Origin: the human T2T-CHM13v2.0 reference genome, Homo sapiens
Length of the DNA: 64,000 bases
Direction: 5' to 3' (one strand)
Assembly: GCF_009914755.1 (NCBI RefSeq)
Contig: NC_060933.1
Made by a program: the position numbers and the translations under genes. Every line of letters starts with the position of its first letter. The first letter of the stretch is position 1. The notes below the pieces were generated by a model. The model did not search any database, had not been told where the DNA came from, and saw nothing but the letters and a program-made list of their open reading frames with translations. Positions 31,959 to 48,599 of this stretch are shown in pieces.

Positions 31959-32393
31959 AAAGGAAAGGAAAGGAAAGAAGGGAAAGGAAGGGAAGGGAAG
32001 CGGGGGGAGGGGAGGAGAGGGGAGGGAAGGGGAGAGGGGGAGGGGAAGAAGGGGAGGGGAAGAAGGGGAAGGGAAGAAGGGAAGAAGGGAAGGGAAGAGG
32101 GAAGGGAAGAGGGGAAGGGAACAAGGGAAGGAAAGAAGGGAAGGGAAGAAGGGAAGGGAAGGAAAGGGAAGGGAAGAGGGCGAGGGAAGGGAAGGAAAGA
32201 GGGGGAGGGAAGGGGGAAGAGAGGGAGGGAAGAGGGGAAGGGAAAAAAGGAAGAGAAGAAGGGAAGGGAAGAAGGAAAGAAGGGAAGGGAAGAAAGGAAG
32301 GGAAGAAGGGAAGGGAAGGAGGGAAGGGAAGGGAAGAAAGGAAGGGAAGAGAAGAAGGGAAGAAAAGAAGGGAAGGGAAGGGAAGGGAAAAAA
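31958..32393. repeat. ~435-bp polypurine (GGAAG/GGGAA)n tract grown from an Alu tail
   Basis: Almost exclusively G/A on the + strand. Confidence 0.95.
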
Positions 32394-32767
32394 ATTCCAA
32401 GGCTTGAAAACAAGCTGGCATGGTGGTTGCAGGAGATGTGCCAGGGCCTCCTCACTCTGAAGTTCACATGTGGACCCACCAGTCAGCACGTAGTGGGATT
32501 GGGGATTGCCCCAGGGAGCCTGGCTGGTGGGGCTGAGCTCAGTGGGAACCACTGAGCATCCGCAGGAAACAAATGGATGCAGGAAACAGCTGGACGGGAA
32601 GCCCAGAGAGGAGCGGCTGCCACTCATAGGTTTGCAGCTGGTGGGAGGCGCCCCCTCCCAAGGAGGGGTGGGGGTAAGGCCCTCTGCACAGAGATGAGGA
32701 AGCACCAGCCTCACTAAGGCACCCGGGAGAGGGGTGCAGGTGCAGATGGAGGTGCAGGAAGGCCTCA

Positions 32768-33919
<1,152 letters not shown>

Positions 33920-35123
33920 TTACTGTGTCTGGCGGCCCCTGGGCCCTGCGCCATGCCACCTGTCAGCCTCCTGCCCATCCTGCTGTGGTCCCATTTGACT
34001 TCTCTACGCAAGAAAGATCAAGGCTCTTGCCCCCCTCAGACTGACATTTATGGCCTTGCCTTGTGCCATCTGGCCCCGGGCAGTCTCATCTCTCACTGCT
34101 CCCTCCTGCTGTAGCCTCACTGCCTACTGGGTGAAGCTGGGGATCCCACCATGAGGCTTCTCTGTGGGCCACTCCTCCCACCAGACACTCTCACCCTCAT
34201 CAACTGTGCCTAATACAGTGCATGGCATGCGGCTGCTTATTGGCTACGTGAATTGAGAGGCAGATGCAAGGTGCCATTCATGCCTCTCAGCCCCGGTCAC
34301 CACCATCCTGGCTGGCCCAGTGCCCAGAAGGGTTCTCTTTCCTGTCCCCAGCAGCTCGGGGACCCTGGGAGATCCCAGCAGGCTGCCTGCCCATGTCTTA
34401 CACAGTCACTCTTTGTTAGGCCTCGCCTCCGAGGGCATCTTATCTGCCCAAACAGTTTGTAATCTCTGGAGTCACAGACCCCGTGCCTCCTGCCAACCTG
34501 GAGTACACAGCCCTTTTGCAGAGAGGCTGGTGGCAACCACCGCTCACCACACTCCTGCCAGCGTTGCAGCCCCGCCAGGCTCCCTCCTGCTGGGTTTGGC
34601 AGGAAATCTCAGCTCCCAGCCATCAGGTCCCCAGACGCTTAAGGAGCTGAGAGACCTCTGGCTCTGTGGCCTGGGATGTCTTTCCCCTCACCCCTTCTGC
34701 ATTCACTGCTCAAACTCTTTTCCCAGCTTCTGTGGGAATTCTTCCTAGTGTACCACGGGGCTCCTCCCCTCCTGGAACCTGAGCTCCTTGAGGGCAGTGT
34801 CTGGTCCCCTTTTGCCCTTGAAGGAATTGGGGCTCTCAGAGGCGAAGTGACTTGCCCGTGGTCACACAGGCAGGGTGAGGTGGGGACAGGAAAAGCCAGA
34901 CGGGCCTGGCTCCGCACGCCCCCACCATCCCCAGAGCCCCCAGGTCTCCACTCAAGATGCAAAAATACACACCTCACTGGCCACTGGCTGCTGAAGAAGC
35001 TGAGGATCGCTTTACTGGGAGCCCCCAACCGGAAGACGTGGTCCTGAGGCCGCATGCAGCGCTGGACCAGAAGGCTGTGCTCGACCCAGGCGACACAGGA
35101 CACGAAGCCGGAGCGTAGGTGTG

Positions 35124-35129
35124 TTTATT
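35124..35129 (-). terminator. ST6GALNAC6: ST6GALNAC6 polyadenylation signal AATAAA
   Basis: TTTATT on +; upstream UGUA and downstream GU-rich sequence on the minus strand; 1.26 kb after the stop. Confidence 0.8.
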
Positions 35130-36385
35130 CCTGTACAAATCATTACAAAACCAAGTCTGGGGCAGTCACCGCCCCCACCCATCACCCCAGTGTGCAATGG
35201 CTAGCTGCTGGCCTCCTCCATCTGGTCCCTCCAGCCTCACAGCCTCCTCCTGAAGCCCTTTCCTTCCAGGCTCCAGAAGAGCAGGAGACAAACACACCCC
35301 ACTGAGGCCCAGCTTTAATAAAGTGCCTGATACAGAGCCAGGGGACAGAACCCAGGTGATACAGCTCCCGACAGCCATCCCAGGACGACAGAGGGTCGAG
35401 GGAGACCCTCGGAAGCCCCCAGTGACTCCAGACAAAGGGGCAGCCCCAAAGGCGCCTCCAACAGTTGGAAAACCTCCCTGCTAGAGGGCAGAAAAGGAGG
35501 CCTGGCCCTTTAAGAGCCAAGCTAATGGCAGCTGGCTGAGGGGCTAAGAAAACAGCTTAAGGTTTTGTCCCGTTTCCTTCAGAGTCCCCCAACCCTGAAG
35601 GAGTTTGCGCAAAAATACCCTAAAGTTTTCCAGGAGGTGGGGAGGTCACCCCAGACCCCCCAAAGAGCTGAGCCTTCCAGCAAGGGATAGTGGCTGGGAG
35701 GGTCCAGACGGGGAGGACAGACCCGAGGGCACTTGTAGGGGAGGTGGAAAGGGTCTCAGACTCCGCACTGGAAACTGGTGTGGGCAGAAGGGTGCCCAGA
35801 GAGGGGGAAGGGTTTGTCCAAGGTCTCAGGGCAGAGCCAAGACCTGGATGCCAGCCTCCCACCTCTGGGACCTCCCCACCGCCCCCACAACCTCCACAAC
35901 CCCACAAATTCTCTGGCCGGGCCTCCAGACAGCTTCTACCCCCACACAATCTCTCTTTCTGGTGCTGGAAATTGAGGGGGCAACACCAAGTTCCCAGCTC
36001 CTTGGGACAGGACCCCATTATCCCAGCAGAGTGGGGAGTGATTGGGGGGTCCATTCCTGGGGCTCTGAACCAAGGCCTCATGGGAAAGGACATGTCCTTA
36101 GCCTCAGATTGACTCAGAAATACCCCCTCTACCCTGATTGACTGTGCGCAGACCCTGACTGCACAAGAAAGACACCCCTGATTAACCACATAGACTCCCA
36201 AATCCCTGATTCGCCAACAGATTCCCCAGGCCCTGATTGGCTGGAGGATACATCCTCCTCAAGGCCCTGATTGGCTGGGAGACACTCCAGCAAGCCTTGA
36301 TTGGCCAGAAGATGGTCCCTGGCCTAGCGGCTGGGCGGAGGCTGCTTCTCCTCTGACCCTCCTGAGGTCCCACAGGCTGGGTGGC

Positions 36386-36575
36386 CTAGGTCCAGGAGGG
36401 GTGGGAGAAGGTGATGCCATACAGCTGGGCCCACGATGAGAAGACCCTTTTCTCGGTGATGAAGCGGTGGTGGTTGCCCTTGCGACTGTGCTCATTCTGG
36501 ATGTAGGTGACACATTCGTCCGGCCCCTTGGGCTCGTAGTAGTGGTAGGGCATGCGCTGGAGGCGGGGCCGCTGG
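36386..36575 (-). CDS. ST6GALNAC6: ST6GALNAC6 last coding exon (QRPRLQRMPYHYYE...HRFITEK...HPSWT*), 190 nt
   Basis: Sialylmotifs III (YHYY) and VS (HxxxxE); TAG at 36388-36386; coding exons total 1002 nt = 333 aa. Confidence 0.96.
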
Positions 36576-37271
36576 CTGGGACAGAGCAGACGGGCGTCAT
36601 CAGGGCAAGGTGAGCGCTAGCAGGGTCCTTGCCCTTTCAGCCCCTCGCTTACCATAGGACCTCAATAGGAGAAATCCCCATGCCTCCTGGGGCCTCGGTT
36701 TCCCCATCCATAAAATGGGTGCAGGGTAGACTAGGTGTGTAACCACCAATTTTTTTTTTTTTTTTTAAATGCAGTGGCACTTTTTCCTTTCCCTAAGAAG
36801 GCGGCAGTGTGGAGCAGTGGTGAGGGCTGTGAGCACTGGAGCCTGGCCCCTCTTCCTACTGTTTGGAGGACCTTTGGCTACTCATAAAACATACTCCTCA
36901 GTTTTTCTCATTTAATTAATGGGAAGAATAACAGTTCTTATCCCGTAAGGTTGCTGTGAGGAGTAAGTGAGAGACTACATGTGGCCATGCTTGGTACCTG
37001 GTCAGTATTCAGTAAAGTATAGCTGTCCCCTAGTGGGCTTTTCATATGATGCTACTACTAATAGTTATTATTAATAAATAAACTCTGGCGGAGCTTGGAG
37101 TGGAGGCCCCTGAGGAAGGAGAAGAAGCCTAGATCTCTGAAGAACAGTTTGAAAACAATGAAGCAGAGGCCCTCAAAGGCACCTTCAGCCAAGGTTTCCA
37201 GCCCCTAGAGCTCCATCCTGCGGCCAGTGCCTGGGTGTTGTCCTGGGAGGGCGCTGGCAAGGAGGGCTCAC

Positions 37272-37379
37272 CTGCAGTAGTTGGGGGGGACCATGCCATA
37301 GACATGCACGTGGTCACACAACTCCACCGCGATCACCATGGTAAACCAGCCTGTGCTCAACCACGAATGAGACTTCTCC
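37272..37379 (-). CDS. ST6GALNAC6: ST6GALNAC6 coding exon, sialylmotif S (EKSHSWLSTGWFTMVIAVELCDHVHVYGM), 108 nt
   Basis: Sialylmotif S; AG/GT boundaries in phase. Confidence 0.96.
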
Positions 37380-37811
37380 CTGGGGATGGAGAGGGGTCAC
37401 GATGAGGGCACATGCAGGGAGAGATGGGAGCAGGTGACCCAGGGTCACCCACGTGGAGTTCCCTGGAACTCCTCCCATCCACTCATCAGGGCCCCACTCC
37501 CACTTTGGTTACCCCAAGTCCAGCCTCGCTGATGGGAGCATGGCATGTGGCAGAGGGCTGTCCAGGCAGAGGTGAGGGGTGTGGAGGGAGCTCCTTTGAG
37601 GGGAAGAATGGGAACAGGGCATGCTAGAAATGAACTGTCTCCTGGGGAGCTGGGTCACAGTTGGGCAGGCTGAGTGACTATGATTGCAGAGCATGCTAAA
37701 AACAGTTGTGCCCATGCTAGAAGCAAACTCCTAAGGGGAGACTAATCAGATAAGTTCATGCTGGAGTGACTGCAGTTCAGAGCAAGGCCTGAAGGAGTAG
37801 CCCAGAACCAA

Positions 37812-39965
<2,154 letters not shown>

Positions 39966-40425
39966 CCTAGCTTTCCTAGGGAGATTAGTCACAGCAGGGC
40001 ATGCTGGGAGTGATGCATCGCTGGAGCAGAGCATGCCAGGAGCAACTGTGTGCTTAAGGCAAGACATGCTGGGAACAGTCAAGACTTTACATTGGGTACA
40101 CTATGGGGAGCTTCTCTCAGAAAGATGCTAGGACTGACTGTGCAACCTCAGAGCAGAGCATGCTGGGTGGGAGCCCTTGTGCCCTCACAGCAAGGTATGC
40201 CAGGAGAAAGCCCTCTTGGACAAACCAGGCCATGCAGAGCATGCTGGAAAGGACCCATGTGAACAGCTGGACATGAAGAGAACTCTCCTAGGAGGCCCAA
40301 CCAGAGGACAGCGGGACTTGACTACCCCTCAGAGCAGTGCATGCTGGGAGCAACAGGCCCTCTGGATGGGGCATGCTGAGAAGGAGCACAGTGCTGGCCA
40401 GAGGGGGCAGGCAGGAGGCTGGTAC

Positions 40426-40832
40426 CTGTCCTTGCCCGTCTCACCCCGGAAGAGGTCGTCAAATTGCCGCATGCGGCCGGGAGAGACGGCATATGCTTCC
40501 ATGTTGGGGAACACCAGGCCCGCTCGCTGGATCACACGCACGAGGCTGCCCTGGGGCTTCTGCATCTTGCTCGGGGGCCCCCAGAAGATGAACACGGTTT
40601 CAGGGGTCCGGTTGACAAACTCCTGGGGCCTCCTCAGCACGCGGAACACACTGGAATGGGCCACGACGCGGTAGGTGGTCTTGTTGCCCACATCAGCTGA
40701 GTAGCCAGTGGTGGGTGCATCATTCATGCGGATTGTACACTCAGCCCGCTCGATCTCAGGGCCCAGCTTGGTGCCCAGCAGGTGGCTGGAGCTGCTGACA
40801 ATCACACACTGGTGGCACCGAGAGGGCAGTGT
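40426..40832 (-). CDS. ST6GALNAC6: ST6GALNAC6 coding exon, sialylmotif L (TLPSRCHQCVIVSSSSHLLG...ETGKDR), 407 nt
   Basis: Sialylmotif L; CAG|ACA acceptor, AG|GTAC donor. Confidence 0.97.
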
Positions 40833-41121
40833 CTGGTGGATAAGGAAAGTCAACATTATCACGGCCACTCTGTGCTGGCCCTGTGCTCCATACATCCAGG
40901 CCTCCAGGACCCAGGAATTGTTATGCCCATTTTAAAGACAGGGAAACTGAGCCCATTCATTCCACATTCAGCACACATTGATAGCAAGCTGGTTAATGGC
41001 CAAGTCCTGGGGCAGAGCAAGGAGCAAAACAGACCAGGCTTCTGCCTTCAAGAAACAGGTGGGGAGACAGATAAGAATGCACATAATACATGCCAGGAAA
41101 AAAAAAGAAAATAGTGGCAAA

Positions 41122-42880
<1,759 letters not shown>

Positions 42881-44300
42881 GAGACGTCTCTCTGAGCTGA
42901 GATGTGAAGGATGAAGAAGGACCACCTAGGGAAACATATTCAAGGCAGGAGAAACAGCCAGCACAAAGGCTCCAATGTGGAAATAAAGGTGGTACACTGA
43001 AAACCAAAAGAAGGCCATTCAGTTGGGGCAGAGTCAACAAGTGGGAGAACAGCAGGTCACAAAGTCTATGTGACCACAGATTCCCAGCTCTCCAAAGAAG
43101 ACATCTTCCAAAAAGCACCCATGACATTTCCACAGCACCCAGAAACAAGAACCACCTTGTTATTAAGGAAGGTGTGAAAGCCACTCTGGGCTTGTTTTTC
43201 CATGGCTGAAATGAATGGGTTGGAACCACATACTCTCTGGGGTCTATTTTTTGCCCACGGAATTCCCATTCACCCTTTAAGGCTAAGCTCAAATACCACC
43301 CTCCCCAAGGCAGCCTTCCCTGAGCCCTTACTCCAAGATCCAGCAACACATCCCACGTACCTCGACTGGCACTCCCACTTTTCTGAGTGCTAGTTTTTTT
43401 GGCTTCCCCTGTGATGCTGGAAGCACTGCAAGCCAGGCTCTGTCTCTCCTTTCCACATCACCCACACTCAAGCTGTCCCATTTTTATTCCGCTTTCAAGG
43501 GTTCTTAGGGTAGAGAAAGACTCACTTAGGTGTTAACCTGTCTCCAGACACCTGCTAATGTGCCCTTTCCTAGTGAGGGTGTGTCCAGAGCCCGGGCTCT
43601 ACACTCTGCATGCGAAGGCCCTGAAGAAAATATAGGAGGGTCAGTGAGGAAGGAGAAAGAGGTACTACAGGGTGAACCTCAGAAATACAATCTGAATTTC
43701 ATGGCTACCCAAGGCCAACAGAAGTCCCCAGGAATGACTTTGGCCTCTCTGTGCAGCTGCATCTTAGCAGGGGGTAGGAAAATACCATCTTCTTCCTTCC
43801 CTCACTGTGTGGCCTTAGACATGTGACTTCACCTCTCGGAGCCTTGGTTACTCCATCTCACCAAGGAAGATAATAATGCTGCCCTCACAGGGCTTGTCTG
43901 AGGATTACTGGTGATCAAAGGGCCTGGCACACACACGCACTTGATAAAAGGCAGCCGGTATTATTACTGCTTTTGTGTTGTCAAATGTCCCAGTGCTCTG
44001 CTCCCAAGCCTGTGTGGGCTCCCCAGCAGAGACAGAGAGCAGTGAAAACAGAAACACATTTTCAAAAGGATTCTGATTCAGGAGATGGTAGGATATTAGC
44101 AATAAGGGTGGGGACTTGGAGAGAACTGAGGCCCAGACAGGGGCAGCGCACTTATCCAAGGTCACACAGCAAGCAGCAAGATGAAATCACCGGAGGCAGG
44201 GCCTTGACTCTCAGGGTCCACCTTTCCTTTAGGAAAGAACAGGTGGAGGGAGTGGTGATGCTGGGCAGTAGGGAGGAGCTCCCCAAAGCAGCTGCGCTAC

Positions 44301-44480
44301 CTTGTTGCCGAGAATGGGGACATAGCCGTCAGTGATGCTCCACTTCTTGAGGTTGACAGGTCGGCGGCTACGGCCCCGCAGGGAGCCGTAATGGAAGACC
44401 TCATTGGCACTGTTGGAGCTGTAGAGGATGAGGATGGTGATGAGGGCAAAGAGGATCACGAACACTGCTGACCGCTGCTC
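44301..44480 (-). CDS. ST6GALNAC6: ST6GALNAC6 coding exon with the type II transmembrane anchor (EQRSAVFVILFALITILILYSS...ILGNK), 180 nt
   Basis: Hydrophobic TM segment; AG/GT boundaries, phase 0. Confidence 0.96.
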
Positions 44481-44899
44481 CTGGAGAGAGGAGAGGTCAG
44501 TGAGGGCCCAGCTGCCGGGCAGGCTCAGCGCCCCACCTCCTTGCCACCTACCATGCCTGGTTAACTCCTGCTTTTTGTTGCAGACCAGGTCAGGCACTAC
44601 TTCCTCCAGGAAGGCCTCCTTCAGCCACCTCAGTCCCCCCATCACAACACTGATCATACTGCATTCAAACTCCCATCCCTCCAATTAGACCGTGAGCTCT
44701 GGGACTAGGTCAGCCTTGCTCCCCACTGTATCCTAGATCCCAGGGCAGGGCCTGGAACATGGAAGGTTCTCCGGGAGGGTTTGCTGGACTGGATTGAATA
44801 TGTCAGGATTCCCTATAGCTGCTGCTAAGAGGATGTCTAGAGACAGGTGGGACATCTGAGTGAGAGGGTCTAGGTCTTCCCCCAACAGTAACTCTCCAA

Positions 44900-45505
44900 T
44901 GTATTGCCTCTAGCTCCAAATTTATCCTTTTTGTCTGCTCTGTGGAAATGGATCTGGGCCCTTTAAATATTTTCCCTTGTCAGTTAGCTGCATATTAAAC
45001 TTTGTGAGTAGAGGGTGCTGGACAGACACTGCAGGAGGAAAAGCATTTGCTTCTTGGTTCTGGTAGGCTTGCTAGGGAGGCTCCTTCAGTGCACACGGCC
45101 TCTCCAGTAAGGGCATCTTACCCACTGCCCAGAGGCCAGCAGTGCCAGCAAGTCAGGCTTATTGCTTCTGGCTCCCGCTGTGATCACAGCTTCTCCGAAG
45201 TCCAGCTCCTACAGTACACTCAACCACCTGCAGCACCTGGAGGCTGGCGGCTTCCCCTCCCCAGGCCAGTTCTGTACTGGAGCCATCCAGTGGGCCATAG
45301 CTGGGCCTTCTTCAGCAAGGCCCAGATCTCAGCCTTTATGGGGGCAGGGGTGCTCCTTATATTAATATCTGCTATTCCTGTATTCCTCAGAATTCCAATC
45401 CCTTGTTACTCTAGTGTCCTATTATAGTCAATAATTTTTTGCATTAAACTTTTCCGTTTAATCACTGTGTAGTTTCTTTTTCCTGATTAAACTCAAATTA
45501 ATACA
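44900..45505 (+). mobile_element. ERVL solo LTR (LTR33/LTR41-like)
   Basis: Starts TGTATT...TAGCTCCAAA, contains TAGAGGGTGCTG, ends ATTAAAC...AATACA. Confidence 0.65.
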
Positions 45506-46029
45506 ACCACCCCATCCCACTTCCAAACCTCAGGCTCCACCAAGGCTGCAGTGGATCCTAGGGAAGGGGCATGCAGGGCCAGTCATGTAGTAAGTGCTTA
45601 GGAAAGAATGAATGAATGAAAGAATGATGGGGAATCCTGACATTCTCAGGGTCATGCTCGGGCTGTATCACCTTTGACTCTGATCAGTGCACCCTTGCCC
45701 CATTTCCCGCTCACCTCCACCTGCCCACCCCTCTCTCCTGCACAGCACTCCACAGTCACCTCGGCTAGTCCTTGACCATCACAGACAGACCGTCAGGCCT
45801 GGGAAGGCAGAGCTGACCCTGGGCCCGGGAACAGGCAGGAGCTTGCCCTAAGCCACTCAGAAGATCAGTGGCCAAACCAGGGCTTAAATCTGGGCCTCCC
45901 AGGCATGGGCAGCTTCTTGCGGGGAAGAAGAGACTCGTGGTGGCTGGGGTCTGAGACAGGTCCAAAGGAACCCGTTCCATGGAGGGAAGTGAGAGGCTCA
46001 ATGGGGTTAAGAAATGAAGGCAGACTTAC

Positions 46030-46120
46030 TTTGTTGCTACTCATTTCTCTCCGGCGTCTGCTGAGGGGTAGGTGTCGGCGTCCTGCAGGTGGCCCTGGGG
46101 GCAGGGATGTGGGTTCACAC
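46030..46120 (-). CDS. ST6GALNAC6: ST6GALNAC6 coding exon (CEPTSLPPGPPAGRRHLPLSRRRREMSSNK), 91 nt; second in-frame AUG (Met35) at 46044
   Basis: GCAG|GTG acceptor, AAA|GTAAGT donor. Confidence 0.93.
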
Positions 46121-47743
46121 CTGCAAGCCACCAGAAAGGGTTATTATGGCTTCGGTCCTTTGGGTCCAGCAAGCCAAAGGCTACACCTTCTCTGCCCCGC
46201 ACTAGTTCTTCTATGCACCCAGAACTTTAAGGCTCAGGACTGTATCCCTTTTGCAGACGGAGACACTGAGGGCCAGAAAGGCCAGGAATCTGCCTGAGGT
46301 CACACAGCCTGGTGGCGGCAGAGCCCTGCCCATTCTCCTCCCTAAGCAGGGGCCTTCCCACACCAAGGCAGCTGGCAGGGCCAAAGCTGGCTCCCCTGCT
46401 GGAGGACCTGACCTCCACGCAGTAGGAGCCCCATTCACACCCTGCTCTAAACCCTGCCTTGGGTCCCTGTGGTGTCAGAATAAAACAACACCGCTTGTAG
46501 GCCCCCGAACTCCTCTGCTCTGGCTCTCTCTCAGGTTGGCCTGGAACGCCCTCCCTCCTATGGCCTCCTGACTCCCACTCATCCTCCAAGCCTGGCATGG
46601 ACCAGGAACTCCCCTACGTCCTCCCATCCCCCCAGGCTAAGAGCTGCCTGCGGGATACAGCCCACCCAGGTCCTCACTCAGTTTCCCTGTGCCTCCACAG
46701 CCACGGAGATTCAGGAATATCGCTGAATGAATTAGTGCATTAACAAGCAGGATCTCTCGGGGGCTAAGGGCACAGACTCAAGTCTGAGAGGCTCGGTTCT
46801 AGTCCAGGCTCGACAGTCTCTGCCAGGGCTGACTCCTCATCTGTCAAATGGCTGTAATCACAGTCTCAGGGGGTGGCTGGGGGGGCCTTTGGAAGACCTG
46901 GCAGTGAGGAGGCCAGCCCAGCTCTGCTCCGCACACCCCAATCTCTTCCTCTCCCACAACCAAAACCCAGCTCCTTTCCAGGGTTCCCCACCTGTGAAAG
47001 GGAAAATGTACTGTGTCCAGCCTACCTCCAGCAGACAGGCCGGGGGCAGGGCGGGCAGGAGTGCAGAGGGAAGAAACTGGGGCTTAGGGGGCCCTCCTCA
47101 GCTCCGTCCCCTGCTCCAGGGGCCTCTCAGTTCCTGTATTCTCTGAGCCCTTTGACCTAGCCGCTGTTTACTCCTACACGGCCACCAGGAATAGCCAGAG
47201 AACCTCGGGCCAGAGGAGGCTTGGCACACACACCTCGCTCCTGATTGGTTAGATCATGGCCCCGCCCCCTCTCCAACCCCGCCCCCTCCCCGTGGGAGCG
47301 CCCCTCATCCGGAGCTCGGCTTCGGGTTTCTCCAGCGGCTGCCCCTCACTGCCAGTCAGGGAGGCCCAGACTCCTATCTAGTCCAGGCCCTGCGGTACAG
47401 AGCAGAAAACGGGGCCTCATCAGAAGCAGGGAGCGGCTTGTTCTTGCCCTCACAGACCGTTAGAGCAAAAGACAGGAGTCCAGAATCCTGGGGTGGCCCC
47501 ATCTGCCCTGAGACCTTGGCATTCAAGGCGCCCAGGGGTCCAGCCGCCTATATCTTACTACGCGTGGCCACCCTTTCCTGCGGATGCCCCCTGCCCGCCG
47601 CCCACTTTCCCACCTTTGCCCGAGCTGTGCCCTCAGCCAGGACCACCGTCCCCCTGGTCCGCCCCGTCACAATCCTGCTCTGAGAAGGCCATGGTCAGTA
47701 CAGCATGTCAGCTGCCAGTGCGAATCCCGGTTTCACCACTTAC

Positions 47744-47769
47744 TGGCTGGGGGGCCTCGAGCAAGCCAT
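47744..47769 (-). CDS. ST6GALNAC6: ST6GALNAC6 first coding exon part (MACSRPPS Q), whole exon 47744-47798, inside a MIR element
   Basis: ATG at 47769; CA|GTAAGT donor; 26 nt completes the 333-aa frame; flanking TGAGCCTCAGTTTCCTCATCTGTGAAATGGG is MIR core. Confidence 0.88.
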
Positions 47770-47900
47770 GTGACCTCTCTGAGCCTCAGTTTCCTCATCT
47801 GTGAAATGGGAACAATAAGAGTCGGTAACTCAAGGGGTTGTTGGAAGGATTCAAGCAGATGTGGCAAGGGACACGCGGGGCTTGAAAGTGCTCCCACATT

Positions 47901-48287
<387 letters not shown>

Positions 48288-48599
48288 TCAAGGCCCGCCT
48301 CTCCAGTGTGTCAGTGAAGCACTCCTCCCCTGACCCCAGTGCAGCGACTTTCCCGGAATATCAAGGAATGTGTGGGAATGCGTTCTAAGCATCACCCACG
48401 CACTGAATCCAGGCAATGCATGGTAGGAGCTCTTGTTGCCCATTTTACAGATAAGGAAACTGAGGTTCAGAGAGGCAAAGCGCCTTGCGGGGCCGCCCAG
48501 AGCCGGCTCCAGAGCCTTGTTTACAGGGAGCTGCCCAGGGCTGAGCCTGACTTCGTCTCCCTGGAGGATCCCTCTCGGCTGGAACGGGTCAGAGGCCAT

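Noticed and set aside
36132-36306. Repeat-spacer pattern as a CRISPR-like array
   Set aside because: Repeats are ~10 nt and degenerate, spacing is irregular, the context is a human 3'UTR and there are no cas genes.
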